Shown here: piece after piece, positions 10,687 to 20,371 of the stretch
Position numbering within the stretch: the stretch's first letter is position 1
Layout: the number at the start of each line of letters is the position of its first letter
Source of the DNA: Candidatus Latescibacterota bacterium
GTDB lineage: Bacteria; Latescibacterota; UBA2968; UBA8231
Direction of reading: 5' to 3'
Length of the DNA stretch: 64,000 nt
Assembly: GCA_965204725.1 (NCBI GenBank)
Contig: OZ242005.1
Coordinates: 5,152,001-5,216,000 of the forward strand
The notes under the pieces: generated by a model
Told to the model about the DNA's origin: nothing
Seen by the model: only the letters and a program-made list of their open reading frames with translations
Database searches by the model: none
Translations under genes and position numbers: made by a program

Positions 10687-11370
10687 CTATGGTAGATGCT
10701 CTTTTACCAAAGCCCAAGACAGCGGTAGAATAGCCGTCTTCAGGACGCGCTCGGGTGCTGTTTCCCCGGCCGACAGCAAGTGCGTGGGAATGGAGCCTGG
10801 GGTGCCCAACTCGCGGGCCCCCGCATCCCAGCCGCTTTGTTGGGTGGCCGTCGCCCAGCTTTCGGGCTGGTCGCCGGGCTGGTCAAAGGCGATGCGGACC
10901 ATGGCACTTTTGCTGGCCGAGTCGCCGGCGAAAGGAGCCCCGCGGCCATCGTCGGCCACGTCCATGAGCAGGCCCCCGGCTTGCGGGTCGCCGTCGTACA
11001 GATGCAAGAGCAGCTTGGTGTTGGGCAGCGAAACGGCTGCGTCAACGCGCTGCGGTTCGACAGCGAGGAGGGATTTTTTGTGATCGGCCGCATAGTTGGC
11101 GATGAGAAAGGTCTGTCTAGGGGGAATGGCCGCGGCTTCGAGGACGAACATCACCTTGTCCTCGTTGCCGCTACGGTAGGTCAGGGTCCAGCCGGCTATG
11201 TCAACCGTTGAGTCGCTGGGATTGTAGAGCTCGATCCACTCGTCCGCCGTAGATGCCGTACTACCCGGCCACATCAGTTCGGAGATGACGACCGGGCCGG
11301 GTTGGGCCGAAACAGCAGCGGCGAGGGCGAAAAAGACTAAGGAAATAAAAGGGCGCATGGCAGCCTCCAA
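10687..11370 (-). CDS. Secreted lamin-tail-domain protein
   Basis: VVISELMW..DEWIELYNP..VDIAGWTL..GTPG; C-terminal SWALVK tail. Confidence 0.85.
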   Translation of the reverse strand: MEAAMRPFISLVFFALAAAVSAQPGPVVISELMWPGSTASTADEWIELYNPSDSTVDIAGWTLTYRSGNEDKVMFVLEAAAIPPRQTFLIANYAADHKKSLLAVEPQRVDAAVSLPNTKLLLHLYDGDPQAGGLLMDVADDGRGAPFAGDSASKSAMVRIAFDQPGDQPESWATATQQSGWDAGARELGTPGSIPTHLLSAGETAPERVLKTAILPLSWALVKEHLP

Positions 11371-11538
11371 GGTTGGGGTGAGATGGCAATTACCATGCGT
11401 TTAATGCAATATGTGTACCGCAGGGTTTTACTTTTTATAACTTATTGTAAAATATGATAAATATGGAAATTGCCCTGCGCGCCGCACCCGCGCTTAGCGC
11501 GTCTGTTGGGCAACAGTTCTGACCCCTAGGCGATACAG

Positions 11539-12957
11539 TCAGCGGGCGCGGGCTGTCAGTGCTGTGCATAGCTTCTGTTGCGCGCCACCGAAACCGCCGT
11601 TGCTCATAAAAACCACCAAATCGCCCGCACGGGCTTCTGCAACCAAAAAAGCGACCATCGCTGCGGCGTCGGGCAGGTAGTGCGCCGGTGTGCCGGTGGC
11701 GCGGAGACGCTCCACCAAGCACTCGGGCGAGAACGGCTCGTCGCCCCGGGCGCGTTCGGGACGGGGGACCGCAGTGGCGACGAACGCGTCGGCCAAGGCG
11801 AACGCCTTGACGTACCGGTCTGCAAAGATGGCGCGTGCGTTGGTCGCGCTGGCTGGCTCGAAAACCGCGAGGAGCCGACGCCCAGGATGGGCTTGCCGCA
11901 GCCCCGCGAGGGTGTGGGCGACCGCCGTGGGATGGTGGGCGAAGTCGTCGATGAGGAGCACATCGTCAATGAGGCCCAGCGGCTCCTGCCGCCGCTTGAC
12001 GCCGGCAAAGCGGGTCAGGGCCGCCCGCAGCGCACCCGCCGTCAGGCCCGCGTGGAAACCAGCGGCCAAGCTGGCGAGCGCGTTGCAGACGTTGTACTCG
12101 CCGCTCAGGGGCAGGTCGAAAACCCCCATCTCGCGGCCCGCCCGGCACAAGGTGAAGCGCGTGCCCTCGGCCCTCGCTTGGAGGTTGGCGGCGCGCCAAA
12201 AAGCACCTTCTTCAAGGCCAAAGGTCTCCACCGGCGCCGGCGCGTCCGGGAGGAGTTCGGCGATATTGGGGTCGGCGTCATGGGCCAGAATCAGACCGTT
12301 TTGCGGCACCATGTTGACGAGTTGGCGGAAGGCAGTGGCGATTTCGGCGAGGTCTTGGTAGATGTCGGCGTGGTCGAATTCAATGTTGTTGACGATGAGC
12401 ACCTCGGGTAGGTAGTAGAAGAATTTCGCCCACTTGGCAAAGAAGGCACTGTCGTATTCGTCGCCTTCGACGATGAAGTGTGCGCCGCGACCGAGCCGGT
12501 AGGAGCGGTCGAAGTTTTGCGGCACCCCGGCCACGAGAAAGGACGGGTCCAAGCCACCGGCCGTGAAAAGGTGGGCGATGAGCGCGGTCGTGGTGGTCTT
12601 GCCATGGGTTCCGGTTACCACCACCGAGTGCTTGCCGCGAATGAAAAAATCGCGCAGCACTTCCGGCAGCGATAAGTACGGAATTCGACGCGAGAGGACG
12701 GCCTCGGCCTCTGGGTTGCCCCGCGAGACTGCATTGCCAATGACGACCAAATCCGGCGTCGGCACGAGGTGATCGGCCGAAAACCCGGCCCGCACGTCAA
12801 TCCCCAAGTCCGCGAGCAGGGTGCTCATCGGCGGATAGACGCGGCTGTCCGACCCGGTGACGCGATACCCCCGCTCGCGCAACAGGCCGGCCAAAGACCC
12901 CATGGCCGTGCCGCACGCGGCAATCAAGTGAATGTGGGAACCCAAGGGAAGCTGCAT
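11539..12957 (-). CDS. mpl: Murein peptide ligase (MurC-like)
   Basis: HIHLIAACGTAMGSLA, YPPMST, GTHGKTTT, EGDEYDSAFF, NIEFDHADI, DDFAHHPTA, MSNGGFG; start approximate. Confidence 0.92.
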   Translation of the reverse strand: MQLPLGSHIHLIAACGTAMGSLAGLLRERGYRVTGSDSRVYPPMSTLLADLGIDVRAGFSADHLVPTPDLVVIGNAVSRGNPEAEAVLSRRIPYLSLPEVLRDFFIRGKHSVVVTGTHGKTTTTALIAHLFTAGGLDPSFLVAGVPQNFDRSYRLGRGAHFIVEGDEYDSAFFAKWAKFFYYLPEVLIVNNIEFDHADIYQDLAEIATAFRQLVNMVPQNGLILAHDADPNIAELLPDAPAPVETFGLEEGAFWRAANLQARAEGTRFTLCRAGREMGVFDLPLSGEYNVCNALASLAAGFHAGLTAGALRAALTRFAGVKRRQEPLGLIDDVLLIDDFAHHPTAVAHTLAGLRQAHPGRRLLAVFEPASATNARAIFADRYVKAFALADAFVATAVPRPERARGDEPFSPECLVERLRATGTPAHYLPDAAAMVAFLVAEARAGDLVVFMSNGGFGGAQQKLCTALTARAR

Positions 12958-13068
12958 GTTCGTATATACCGCTGGGGGAATGCGGGTGTCAAGGGAATCG
13001 GGCCGGTTTGTGCGCGGCAATCGGCGATTGTTTTATTGTGGGAACACTCGCTGGCAAGAGAGGAGATC

Positions 13069-14046
13069 ATGGGCCAAGAACGAAAAAAAGAAGCGGCCGA
13101 GGAGATTTTTCTGTCCCTCGTCATTCCCGTTTTTAACGAAGAGGAAAGCCTGCCCCATCTGTGGCGTCAGATCGAGGAGGCGCTGGCGACCGCGGAATGG
13201 GCTTGGGAGGCCATTTTTGTAGATGACGGGAGCACGGACGCCTCGTTTGCGGTCTTGGCCGAGTTGGCCGAGCAGCATCCGCAGGTGTGCGCCTTGCGCT
13301 TCCGCCGCAACTACCGCAAGGCCGCGGCCCTCGCCGCCGGCTTCAAGCAGGCGCACGGCCAAGTCATCGTCACCCTAGACGCCGACCTGCAAGACGATCC
13401 CCGCGAAATCCCGCGGCTGCTGGCCGCGCTCAATCGCGATTGCGACTTGGTCTCCGGCTGGAAGGCTAAGCGCCGCGACCCGTTGAGTAAGACCCTCCCC
13501 TCCCGCTTGTTCAACCGAATTACCTCGCTGGTCTCCGGCGTACGCCTGCGCGATTTCAACTGCGGCCTCAAGGCGTATCGGCGCGAGGTGGCCGAAGACG
13601 CGCTGCCGTATCTCTACGGAGAATTGTATCGGTTTTTGCCCGCCGTGGCCCACTGGCTGGGCTATCGAGTCGGCGAGATCCCCGTGCAGCACCACCCCCG
13701 CCGCTTCGGTCATTCCAAATTCGGCACCAAGCGGCTGCTAAACGGGTTTTTGGACCTGCTGACCGTGACCTTCGTCCTGCGCTTTATGACCGCGCCCATG
13801 CACGTCTTTGGCAGCTTGGGGCTGGGCGCCACGCTTTGCGGGTCGGTCGTCTGCGCCTATGTGGCCTTGTTGCGCTACGAGCACGGCAACATCCAAAACC
13901 GCCATCCCCTGCTCATGCTGGGCATCCTGCTGATCATCGTCGGCATTCAGTGCTTTTCCATCGGCTTTTTAGGCGACATGATCGCCAGCATGCACCAGCG
14001 CGGCGGGCGCACCCCGCGCATTGCCGAGCGCTTAAACGGGGGCTAG
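13069..14046 (+). CDS. GT2 polyprenyl-phosphate glycosyltransferase (ArnC/DPM-like)
   Basis: VIPVFNEE, VDDGSTD, LDADLQDDP, DFNCGLKAY, two C-terminal TM helices; AGGAG SD before ATG 13069. Confidence 0.9.
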   Translation: MGQERKKEAAEEIFLSLVIPVFNEEESLPHLWRQIEEALATAEWAWEAIFVDDGSTDASFAVLAELAEQHPQVCALRFRRNYRKAAALAAGFKQAHGQVIVTLDADLQDDPREIPRLLAALNRDCDLVSGWKAKRRDPLSKTLPSRLFNRITSLVSGVRLRDFNCGLKAYRREVAEDALPYLYGELYRFLPAVAHWLGYRVGEIPVQHHPRRFGHSKFGTKRLLNGFLDLLTVTFVLRFMTAPMHVFGSLGLGATLCGSVVCAYVALLRYEHGNIQNRHPLLMLGILLIIVGIQCFSIGFLGDMIASMHQRGGRTPRIAERLNGG

Positions 14047-15096
14047 CGCGGCTAGGGCCTCCAGCAGCGCGGCAATCTCGGCGTCTGTGCCCACCGAGAT
14101 GCGCAGGCAGTCGGCCAAGCGCGGCGGCGCGGCAAAATAGCGCACCAAAATCCGGCGCTCCTTGAGTTGCGCGTAGATCTGGGCCGCCGTGCAGTTGGCC
14201 CAGCGCGCCCCGAGCCGGGCGAGCACGAAATTGGCCTGTGAATCCCACACGTAAAACCCCAACGCCCGCAGCCGCGCACTCAGGTGGGCGCGCGTCGCGC
14301 AGACGCGGGCGGCGTTGGCGCGCATCGCGTCGATGTCGTCTAGGGCCGCCTCGGCCGCTATCAAGCTCAGCCGATTGAGGTTGTAGTGGTCCTTGACCTT
14401 CCACATGCCCGCAATCAGCGCGGCCGGGGCCAAGGCAAAGCCAATGCGCATACCGGCGAGGGAAAAGGACTTGGACAGGGTGCGCACGACGATGGCATTG
14501 GGGTATTCCGCGACGAGCTGAACGCAGCCGCCCTGCGAGAAGTCGATATATGCTTCATCCACGACCAAGACGCCGTCGACCCGCGCACACAATGCGGCGA
14601 CCTCGTCGTAGGGCACGAGGGTCCCGGAGGGCGCATTGGGATTGGCTAGGAAGGTGATGCGCGCCCCGGGCACGGCCAGCCCCTCGGGCAGGGAAAAATT
14701 TTCCCCGAACTCGACCGGGGTTGCCTTGGCTCCTTGGATGTCGATTAGCGGTTGGTAGTAGCCGTAGGTGGGGTGGGGATAGGCGATTTTGTCGCCCTCG
14801 CTGGCAAAGCTGCGGATGATGACGTTGAGCAACTCGTCCGAGCCGTTGCCAACCATGATCTGCTCGGGGGCCATGGCGAATACGTCGCCCAACTTGCGGC
14901 GCAGAGCCAAAGCGTCTGGATCGGGGTAGAGGCGCAGATCAGCCGCGCAGGCCGCGCGCAGCCGCGCTAGCACTAGCGGGGAGGGCGGGTACGGGTTTTC
15001 GTTGGTGTTGAGCTTGATATAGCCCTGTTCGCGGGGCTGTTCCCCGGGGACGTACCCGCGCAGCCGGGCGATGTTGGGGCGGAACAGGTCCGACAC
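14032..15096 (-). CDS. hisC: Histidinol-phosphate aminotransferase
   Basis: KLNTNENPYPP, GNGSDE, NPNAPSG, VDEAYIDF, RTLSKSFSLAGMRIG. Confidence 0.92.
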   Translation of the reverse strand: MSDLFRPNIARLRGYVPGEQPREQGYIKLNTNENPYPPSPLVLARLRAACAADLRLYPDPDALALRRKLGDVFAMAPEQIMVGNGSDELLNVIIRSFASEGDKIAYPHPTYGYYQPLIDIQGAKATPVEFGENFSLPEGLAVPGARITFLANPNAPSGTLVPYDEVAALCARVDGVLVVDEAYIDFSQGGCVQLVAEYPNAIVVRTLSKSFSLAGMRIGFALAPAALIAGMWKVKDHYNLNRLSLIAAEAALDDIDAMRANAARVCATRAHLSARLRALGFYVWDSQANFVLARLGARWANCTAAQIYAQLKERRILVRYFAAPPRLADCLRISVGTDAEIAALLEALAALAPV

Positions 15097-15098
15097 GG

Positions 15099-17288
15099 CT
15101 AATTGCTCGTCGGCTCATCCACGCGCAGCACTTCCAAAACGCCCTCGATGTGCTCGATTTGGTCTATGGCTTGGCGCAGTTGTTTGTTGTCGGCGACATC
15201 GATCCAAAAGTCCTGTTCGGCGATGTGGCCATCGGTGCGAGTGGTGGAGTCGCGGATGTTGGAGCCGGCGTCGCTGATCGCCCGGGCGATGTCCGCGAGC
15301 AAGTACGTGCGGTCCCAACTGCGGGTGCGGAGTTGAACGGTAAAGGCCGGTTCGTCCTCCAACTCCCACTCCACCGCGAGGAGGCGGTCTGGCTCGGCGG
15401 AAATCCGGCCGATGTTGGGGCAGTCCGTGCAGTGAACCGTGACGCCGCGCCCGCGCGTGACCAAGCCGACAATCTCGTCGCCCGGGATGGGACCGCAGCA
15501 CTTGCCGAAGCGGATCATCAGGTTTTGCATGCCTTGGATGCGAATATCGCGGCGGTCTTGGGGCTTAAGGGCGCGCCGCTTGGGCTGGGTCGGAGCTATT
15601 TTGCCGACGACCTTGCCGATTGACAGATCCCCGTTGCCCAAGGCCGCATAGAGGTGCTCGGCGTCGCTAAACCCGAACTCCTCGGCCACGGCTTCGAGGT
15701 CGGGGGGCGCGTCGGCCCGATAGGGTTGCAACCGCCGGTCGAGCGCCTCCTTGCCGAGGCGCACGTTGTGGTCGTATTGCTCCTCCCGCAGCCAGCGGCG
15801 AATGGCTTGGCGGGCCTTGGCGGTCTTGACTTGGTCCAGCCACGCTAACTTGGGCTTTTGCTGCGGCGCCGTGACGATCTCCAAGGTTTCGCCGCTGCTC
15901 AACGTCGCGTTTAGCGGCACGACCTGATTGTTTACTTTGGCTGTCGCGCAATGCAGCCCGATGTCGGTGTGAATGGCAAAGGCGAAGTCAATCGGCGTGG
16001 CGCCCTTGGGCAATGGGTATAGGTCCCCTTTGGGGGTAAGGACAAAAATTTCGTCCGGCGCCGCGAGCTCGGTCTTTAGACTTTCCATGAACTCGACCGG
16101 GTCGGGGGCCTCCTGTTGCCACTCGGAAAGTTGGCTCAGCCAACTCAGGTGTTGGTTCAAATCGCCGGGCGTCTTGTCGTTGGATTTGTACCGCCAGTGG
16201 GCGGCGATGCCGATCTCGGCCGTGTGGTGCATCTGCGCGGTGCGAATTTGCACTTCGACGTATTGCCCGTTGGGGCCAATCACCGAAGTGTGCAGCGACT
16301 GGTACATGTTGCTCTTAGGAGTCGATATATAGTCTTTGATGCGCCCGGGGATGGGGGTGTAAATGTGGTGGACCCAGCCGAGGATTTGATAGCATTCGCG
16401 CACAGTGCCGGTAATGATGCGCACGGCCAGCAGGTCGTAGATTTCCTCAAAGGGCTTGCCGCGTGCCTTCATCTTGTTGTAGATGCTGTAGAAGTTCTTG
16501 GCGCGGCTGGCAAACTCGGCCTTAATGCCATGGGCGTGTAGGCATTCCTCGATCGGGACCTTGAATTCCTTTATATAGTCTTCGCGCTCTTGGCGCGTCA
16601 TGGCCACGTTGTTGCGCAACTCTTGGTACATTTCGGGTTCGAGGAACTTGAGGCTTTGGTCTTCTAGTTGCCAGCGGATCCGCGCCAGCCCAAAGCGGTG
16701 GGCCAGCGGCGCGTACACTTCGAGCGTTTCGCACGCGGTCCGCTCACGGGATTTGGGGCTTAGGTATTCGAGCGTCCGCATGTTGTGTAGGCGATCGGCC
16801 AGCTTGATGAGTATGACGCGGATGTCCTCGACCGTAGAGAGCAACATCTTGCGGTAGGTCTCGGCTTGGCGCGCCTCGCGGCTTTCGTAGGTTATCTGAT
16901 CGATTTTGGTGACGCCGGCGATCAGCTCGGCGATCTTGTCGCCAAACTGATCGGCGACCTCCGCATGGGTGGCCGGTGTATCTTCGATGACGTCGTGCAA
17001 AAGCCCGGCTGCAACCGTGGTGTGGTCCAAGCCCAACTGGGCGAGCAGCCGCGCCACTTCGACGCAGTGGGACAAAAACGGCTCGCCGGACTTGCGGATC
17101 TGGCCTTCGTGGTGCTCTTTGGCGAAGTGGTAAGCGCGGTTGATCAGCGCGAAATCGGCTTGGTCGTTGCAGGAGGAGACCTCGATGAGCAGCATCGACA
17201 GCCGCAGCTCATCGCCCCCCTGCTCGACGAGTTCGTCCAAGTAGGTATTCGGAAGGGCCGACAGCGGCATGGGAGTGGTTTCGACCAT
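15099..17288 (-). CDS. relA: Bifunctional (p)ppGpp synthetase/hydrolase (long RSH)
   Basis: RKSGEPF, LLHDVIED (intact HD), KLADRLHNMRT, RIKDYI, YQSLHT, TGS and ACT domains. Confidence 0.95.
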   Translation of the reverse strand: MVETTPMPLSALPNTYLDELVEQGGDELRLSMLLIEVSSCNDQADFALINRAYHFAKEHHEGQIRKSGEPFLSHCVEVARLLAQLGLDHTTVAAGLLHDVIEDTPATHAEVADQFGDKIAELIAGVTKIDQITYESREARQAETYRKMLLSTVEDIRVILIKLADRLHNMRTLEYLSPKSRERTACETLEVYAPLAHRFGLARIRWQLEDQSLKFLEPEMYQELRNNVAMTRQEREDYIKEFKVPIEECLHAHGIKAEFASRAKNFYSIYNKMKARGKPFEEIYDLLAVRIITGTVRECYQILGWVHHIYTPIPGRIKDYISTPKSNMYQSLHTSVIGPNGQYVEVQIRTAQMHHTAEIGIAAHWRYKSNDKTPGDLNQHLSWLSQLSEWQQEAPDPVEFMESLKTELAAPDEIFVLTPKGDLYPLPKGATPIDFAFAIHTDIGLHCATAKVNNQVVPLNATLSSGETLEIVTAPQQKPKLAWLDQVKTAKARQAIRRWLREEQYDHNVRLGKEALDRRLQPYRADAPPDLEAVAEEFGFSDAEHLYAALGNGDLSIGKVVGKIAPTQPKRRALKPQDRRDIRIQGMQNLMIRFGKCCGPIPGDEIVGLVTRGRGVTVHCTDCPNIGRISAEPDRLLAVEWELEDEPAFTVQLRTRSWDRTYLLADIARAISDAGSNIRDSTTRTDGHIAEQDFWIDVADNKQLRQAIDQIEHIEGVLEVLRVDEPTSN

Positions 17289-17424
17289 GGGAGCTTTCGT
17301 TTTCTAGGGGCTCGTCAATATCGTCAATATAGAAAAAAAACAAGTACATACAAGCAGAATTCACCCCCCTCGTTTGCCCGCGCGGCCGAAGTTAAATTAA
17401 AATGGGAAGAGCAAAGGACGCAGC

Positions 17425-17814
17425 ATGGGGCGGCTACATACTGAAAACGCACCGGCGGTGACGCGCGCGGATAAAATCCTCGCGCTCGTCGTGGGCTTGA
17501 GCGCAGTTGGGCTGGTACTCTACGGCCGCTACACGGCCGAGGCCGGCGGCGTGCTCATCGTCGAGCTGGCGGGGGCCGCGCCGGCCGCGCACGACCTGTC
17601 CAACTACGGAGTCTTGCCGATTGTCGGGCCTTTGGGAGCGAGCGAAATCGAAATCGGCCCCCAAGGCGTGCGCGTGATTTCCGCGCCCTGCGTCCACAAG
17701 GTCTGCATGCGGCGCGGCTGGATGCAGCGAGCGGGAGACGTGACCGCGTGTGTGCCCAACGGCCTAGTGCTGAGAATCGCTGGCCCCGCGCCCCTAGACG
17801 CGATGGTGCGCTGA
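17425..17814 (+). CDS. NusG domain II-containing membrane protein
   Basis: N-terminal TM; APCVHKVCMRRGW..ACVPNGL. Confidence 0.82.
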   Translation: MGRLHTENAPAVTRADKILALVVGLSAVGLVLYGRYTAEAGGVLIVELAGAAPAAHDLSNYGVLPIVGPLGASEIEIGPQGVRVISAPCVHKVCMRRGWMQRAGDVTACVPNGLVLRIAGPAPLDAMVR

Positions 17815-18335
17815 TGTTTACGCGCCCTAGAGACGTGGCCCGTTTGGGGCTTATGGCCAGTGCGGCCATCGTGCTCTTCGCCTTTGAATCGCTGGTCCCC
17901 AAGCCTTTGCCGTGGATGAAGTTGGGGCTCGGCAATCTGCCGGTCTTGGTCGCGCTGGTGAGCTTTGGCGGGGGGCCGGCCCTCGCCGTTAGTGCCACCA
18001 AGCTCCTAGTCGGCGGTTTGCTCAGCGGGGGCTTTGCCGGTCCGGCCTTTGTCATCGGCGGCGGGGCTGGCTTGGCGAGTTGGCTGGTCATGGTTGCGGT
18101 GCGCCGCATGGGAGCGCGGCTTTTCAGCGTCGTGGGCCTGAGTATCTGGGGCGCGTTGGCGCATCAACTCAGTCAACTCGTTCTGGCCGCTGGCTATATC
18201 GGCCACAGCGGTCTGTTCGCGCTTTTGCCGCTGGCCTTGTTCAGTGCGTTGGTAAGCGGGGGGGCGATTGGCCTGTTGGCTTGGTGGACCTTGGAACAGC
18301 TAGCGAAAATAGGCTGGTTGGACCAAGCCGAGTAA
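17814..18335 (+). CDS. Gx transporter family (heptaprenyl diphosphate synthase component I-like) protein
   Basis: FESLVPKPLPWMKLGLGN motif, SIWGALAHQLSQ; TGATG coupling to the NusG-II gene. Confidence 0.8.
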   Translation: MFTRPRDVARLGLMASAAIVLFAFESLVPKPLPWMKLGLGNLPVLVALVSFGGGPALAVSATKLLVGGLLSGGFAGPAFVIGGGAGLASWLVMVAVRRMGARLFSVVGLSIWGALAHQLSQLVLAAGYIGHSGLFALLPLALFSALVSGGAIGLLAWWTLEQLAKIGWLDQAE

Positions 18336-18383
18336 CCGTATATCTATTCTATAATGTATAGACTTTTTCGTTAGCTCCTCGCC

Positions 18384-20354
18384 ATGGATTTGCCAAAAGA
18401 GCCTACCTTTCCCGCCCCCGGACGAGCCGAACCAGTCTTTACCACCAAAGCACTGGTGGGGGGCACCCTAGGGTCGCTGTGCATCGCCGTGGGTGCCCCT
18501 TACGGCAACATGGTCATCCGCGGCTCGTACATGTCCATTGATTTCAGCGCGGCGGGTGCCTTGTTCCTCTTCTTCGTGCTGACGGGCTTGTTCAACGCCT
18601 TGCTGGCTCGCTTCGCCGCTCCGGTGGCCTTTGGGCGCGGCGAGCTCATCGTCGCGTACATCATGATGCTCACGGCCTCGGCCATCCCCACGATGGGCCT
18701 TAGCGAGTACTGGCTGACGATCATCACCGGCGCCCAGTACTACGCCACCCCGGAAAACGAGTGGGCCTTGCTCATCCTACCGCACCTTCCCGACTGGATC
18801 GCGCCGCAGGATCCCGAGTCGATCAAGTGGTTTTACGAAGGGGCGCCGCGCACCGCGGGCGTACCTTGGGCGGTCTGGAGCGTCCCGCTGTGCTATTGGG
18901 CCGTGCTGATCGTGGCGCTGTACTTGGTCATGATCTCGTCTATGGTCATTTTGCGCCGCCAATGGGTGGAGCGGGAGCGGCTGGTCTATCCGCTGGTGCA
19001 AGTGCCCTTGGCCATGGTGCAGAGCGGCAGCCGAGGGCAGGCCCTAGGGCCTTTCTTCAAAAACCCGATCATGTGGATCGGATTTGCCCTGCCCGTGTTC
19101 GTCAGCAGCCTCAACGCCCTACACGCGTACTTCAACTTCGTCCCCGCCATCCAGCTCGTCGCCTCGGTGCCAATCCTACGCAACACCGTCAGCCTGATCT
19201 TCCGCTTGAGCTTTCCCATGGTGGGGTTCGCCTATCTCATCAACCTCGACATCGCCTTCAGCCTGTGGTTTTTCAACACCATCGCCAAGCTGATTCGAGG
19301 AGGGCTGGGGGTTTTAGGGGTCGGCAGCACCGAAAAGCTGGGCATTTACGGCGCGCCCAGCGAGCCTATTCTCGCCCACCACGGGCAGGGGGCGATGATC
19401 GTCTTGGTGCTGTTCGGCCTGTGGGTTGGCCGCGAGCACCTGCGCGACGTGCTGCGCAAGGCCCTCAAGGGCGACGACCGTATTGACGACCGCGGCGAGA
19501 TGCTCTCCTATCGGGCAGCGGTCTTAACTTGGCTCGGGGGGGTCGCGGTGATGACAATCTGGCTGTGGCAGTCCGGCTTGCCGCTGTGGGCGTCCTTTTT
19601 GACCCTGATGCTGGCCATTCTTATTTTCGTCGGCTTGACCCGCGTGGTGGTAGAGGGGGGCGTGGCCGCGGCGGTCGGGCCGATGATTTCGTCGTCGGCC
19701 TTGGTCTCGGCCGTAGGCTCTTCGGCGCTTGGCCCGGCGGGTATGGTGGGCCTTGCGTACACTTATGTATGGGCGGCGGATATCCGCACGTTTGTCATGG
19801 CTTCCTGCGCCCACGGACTCAAGCTGGGCGAGGAGTTGGGGCCGCGGCTGCGCCCGCTTTTTTGGTACATGTTGCTGGCGATTTTTGTCAGCATCGTCGG
19901 CTCGGTCGCAGCCATTTTATACCTCGCCTACGAATACGGCGGCATCAACCTCAACGGGTGGTTTTTTGGTGGTGGAACTCGCGCCCCTTTTGATTATATT
20001 ACCACCAAGTTGAGCGCGCCCACCGAGCCGAATATAGACGGCTGGATTCACACGGTGGTCGGCGGGGGCATCATGGCCCTGCTCATGTGGGCGCGGCACC
20101 AGCTTTTGTGGTGGCCGCTGCATCCCATTGGCTATCCCATTGGGGCCGTGTGGCTGATGGATCAGTTGTGGTTTAGCATTGCCCTTGCTTGGCTCTTAAA
20201 GTTAGCGGCCATGAAATACGGCGGTCCCAGCCTTTTTCGCCGGGCGCGCCCCTTCTTTTTAGGACTAATCGTAGGTCAGTTTTTTATCGCCGGGCTCTGG
20301 TTGATTATCGACTTTTTTACAGGCATGACCGACAATGTGGTCTTCTGGATCTGA
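18384..20354 (+). CDS. DUF6785/DUF6784-like polytopic membrane protein (OPT-related)
   Basis: Many TM segments; ILRRQWVERERLVYPL, WWPLHPIGY, KYGG..RRARPFFLGLIVG. Confidence 0.75.
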   Translation: MDLPKEPTFPAPGRAEPVFTTKALVGGTLGSLCIAVGAPYGNMVIRGSYMSIDFSAAGALFLFFVLTGLFNALLARFAAPVAFGRGELIVAYIMMLTASAIPTMGLSEYWLTIITGAQYYATPENEWALLILPHLPDWIAPQDPESIKWFYEGAPRTAGVPWAVWSVPLCYWAVLIVALYLVMISSMVILRRQWVERERLVYPLVQVPLAMVQSGSRGQALGPFFKNPIMWIGFALPVFVSSLNALHAYFNFVPAIQLVASVPILRNTVSLIFRLSFPMVGFAYLINLDIAFSLWFFNTIAKLIRGGLGVLGVGSTEKLGIYGAPSEPILAHHGQGAMIVLVLFGLWVGREHLRDVLRKALKGDDRIDDRGEMLSYRAAVLTWLGGVAVMTIWLWQSGLPLWASFLTLMLAILIFVGLTRVVVEGGVAAAVGPMISSSALVSAVGSSALGPAGMVGLAYTYVWAADIRTFVMASCAHGLKLGEELGPRLRPLFWYMLLAIFVSIVGSVAAILYLAYEYGGINLNGWFFGGGTRAPFDYITTKLSAPTEPNIDGWIHTVVGGGIMALLMWARHQLLWWPLHPIGYPIGAVWLMDQLWFSIALAWLLKLAAMKYGGPSLFRRARPFFLGLIVGQFFIAGLWLIIDFFTGMTDNVVFWI

Positions 20355-20371
20355 GAAAGGCACGTACAGCT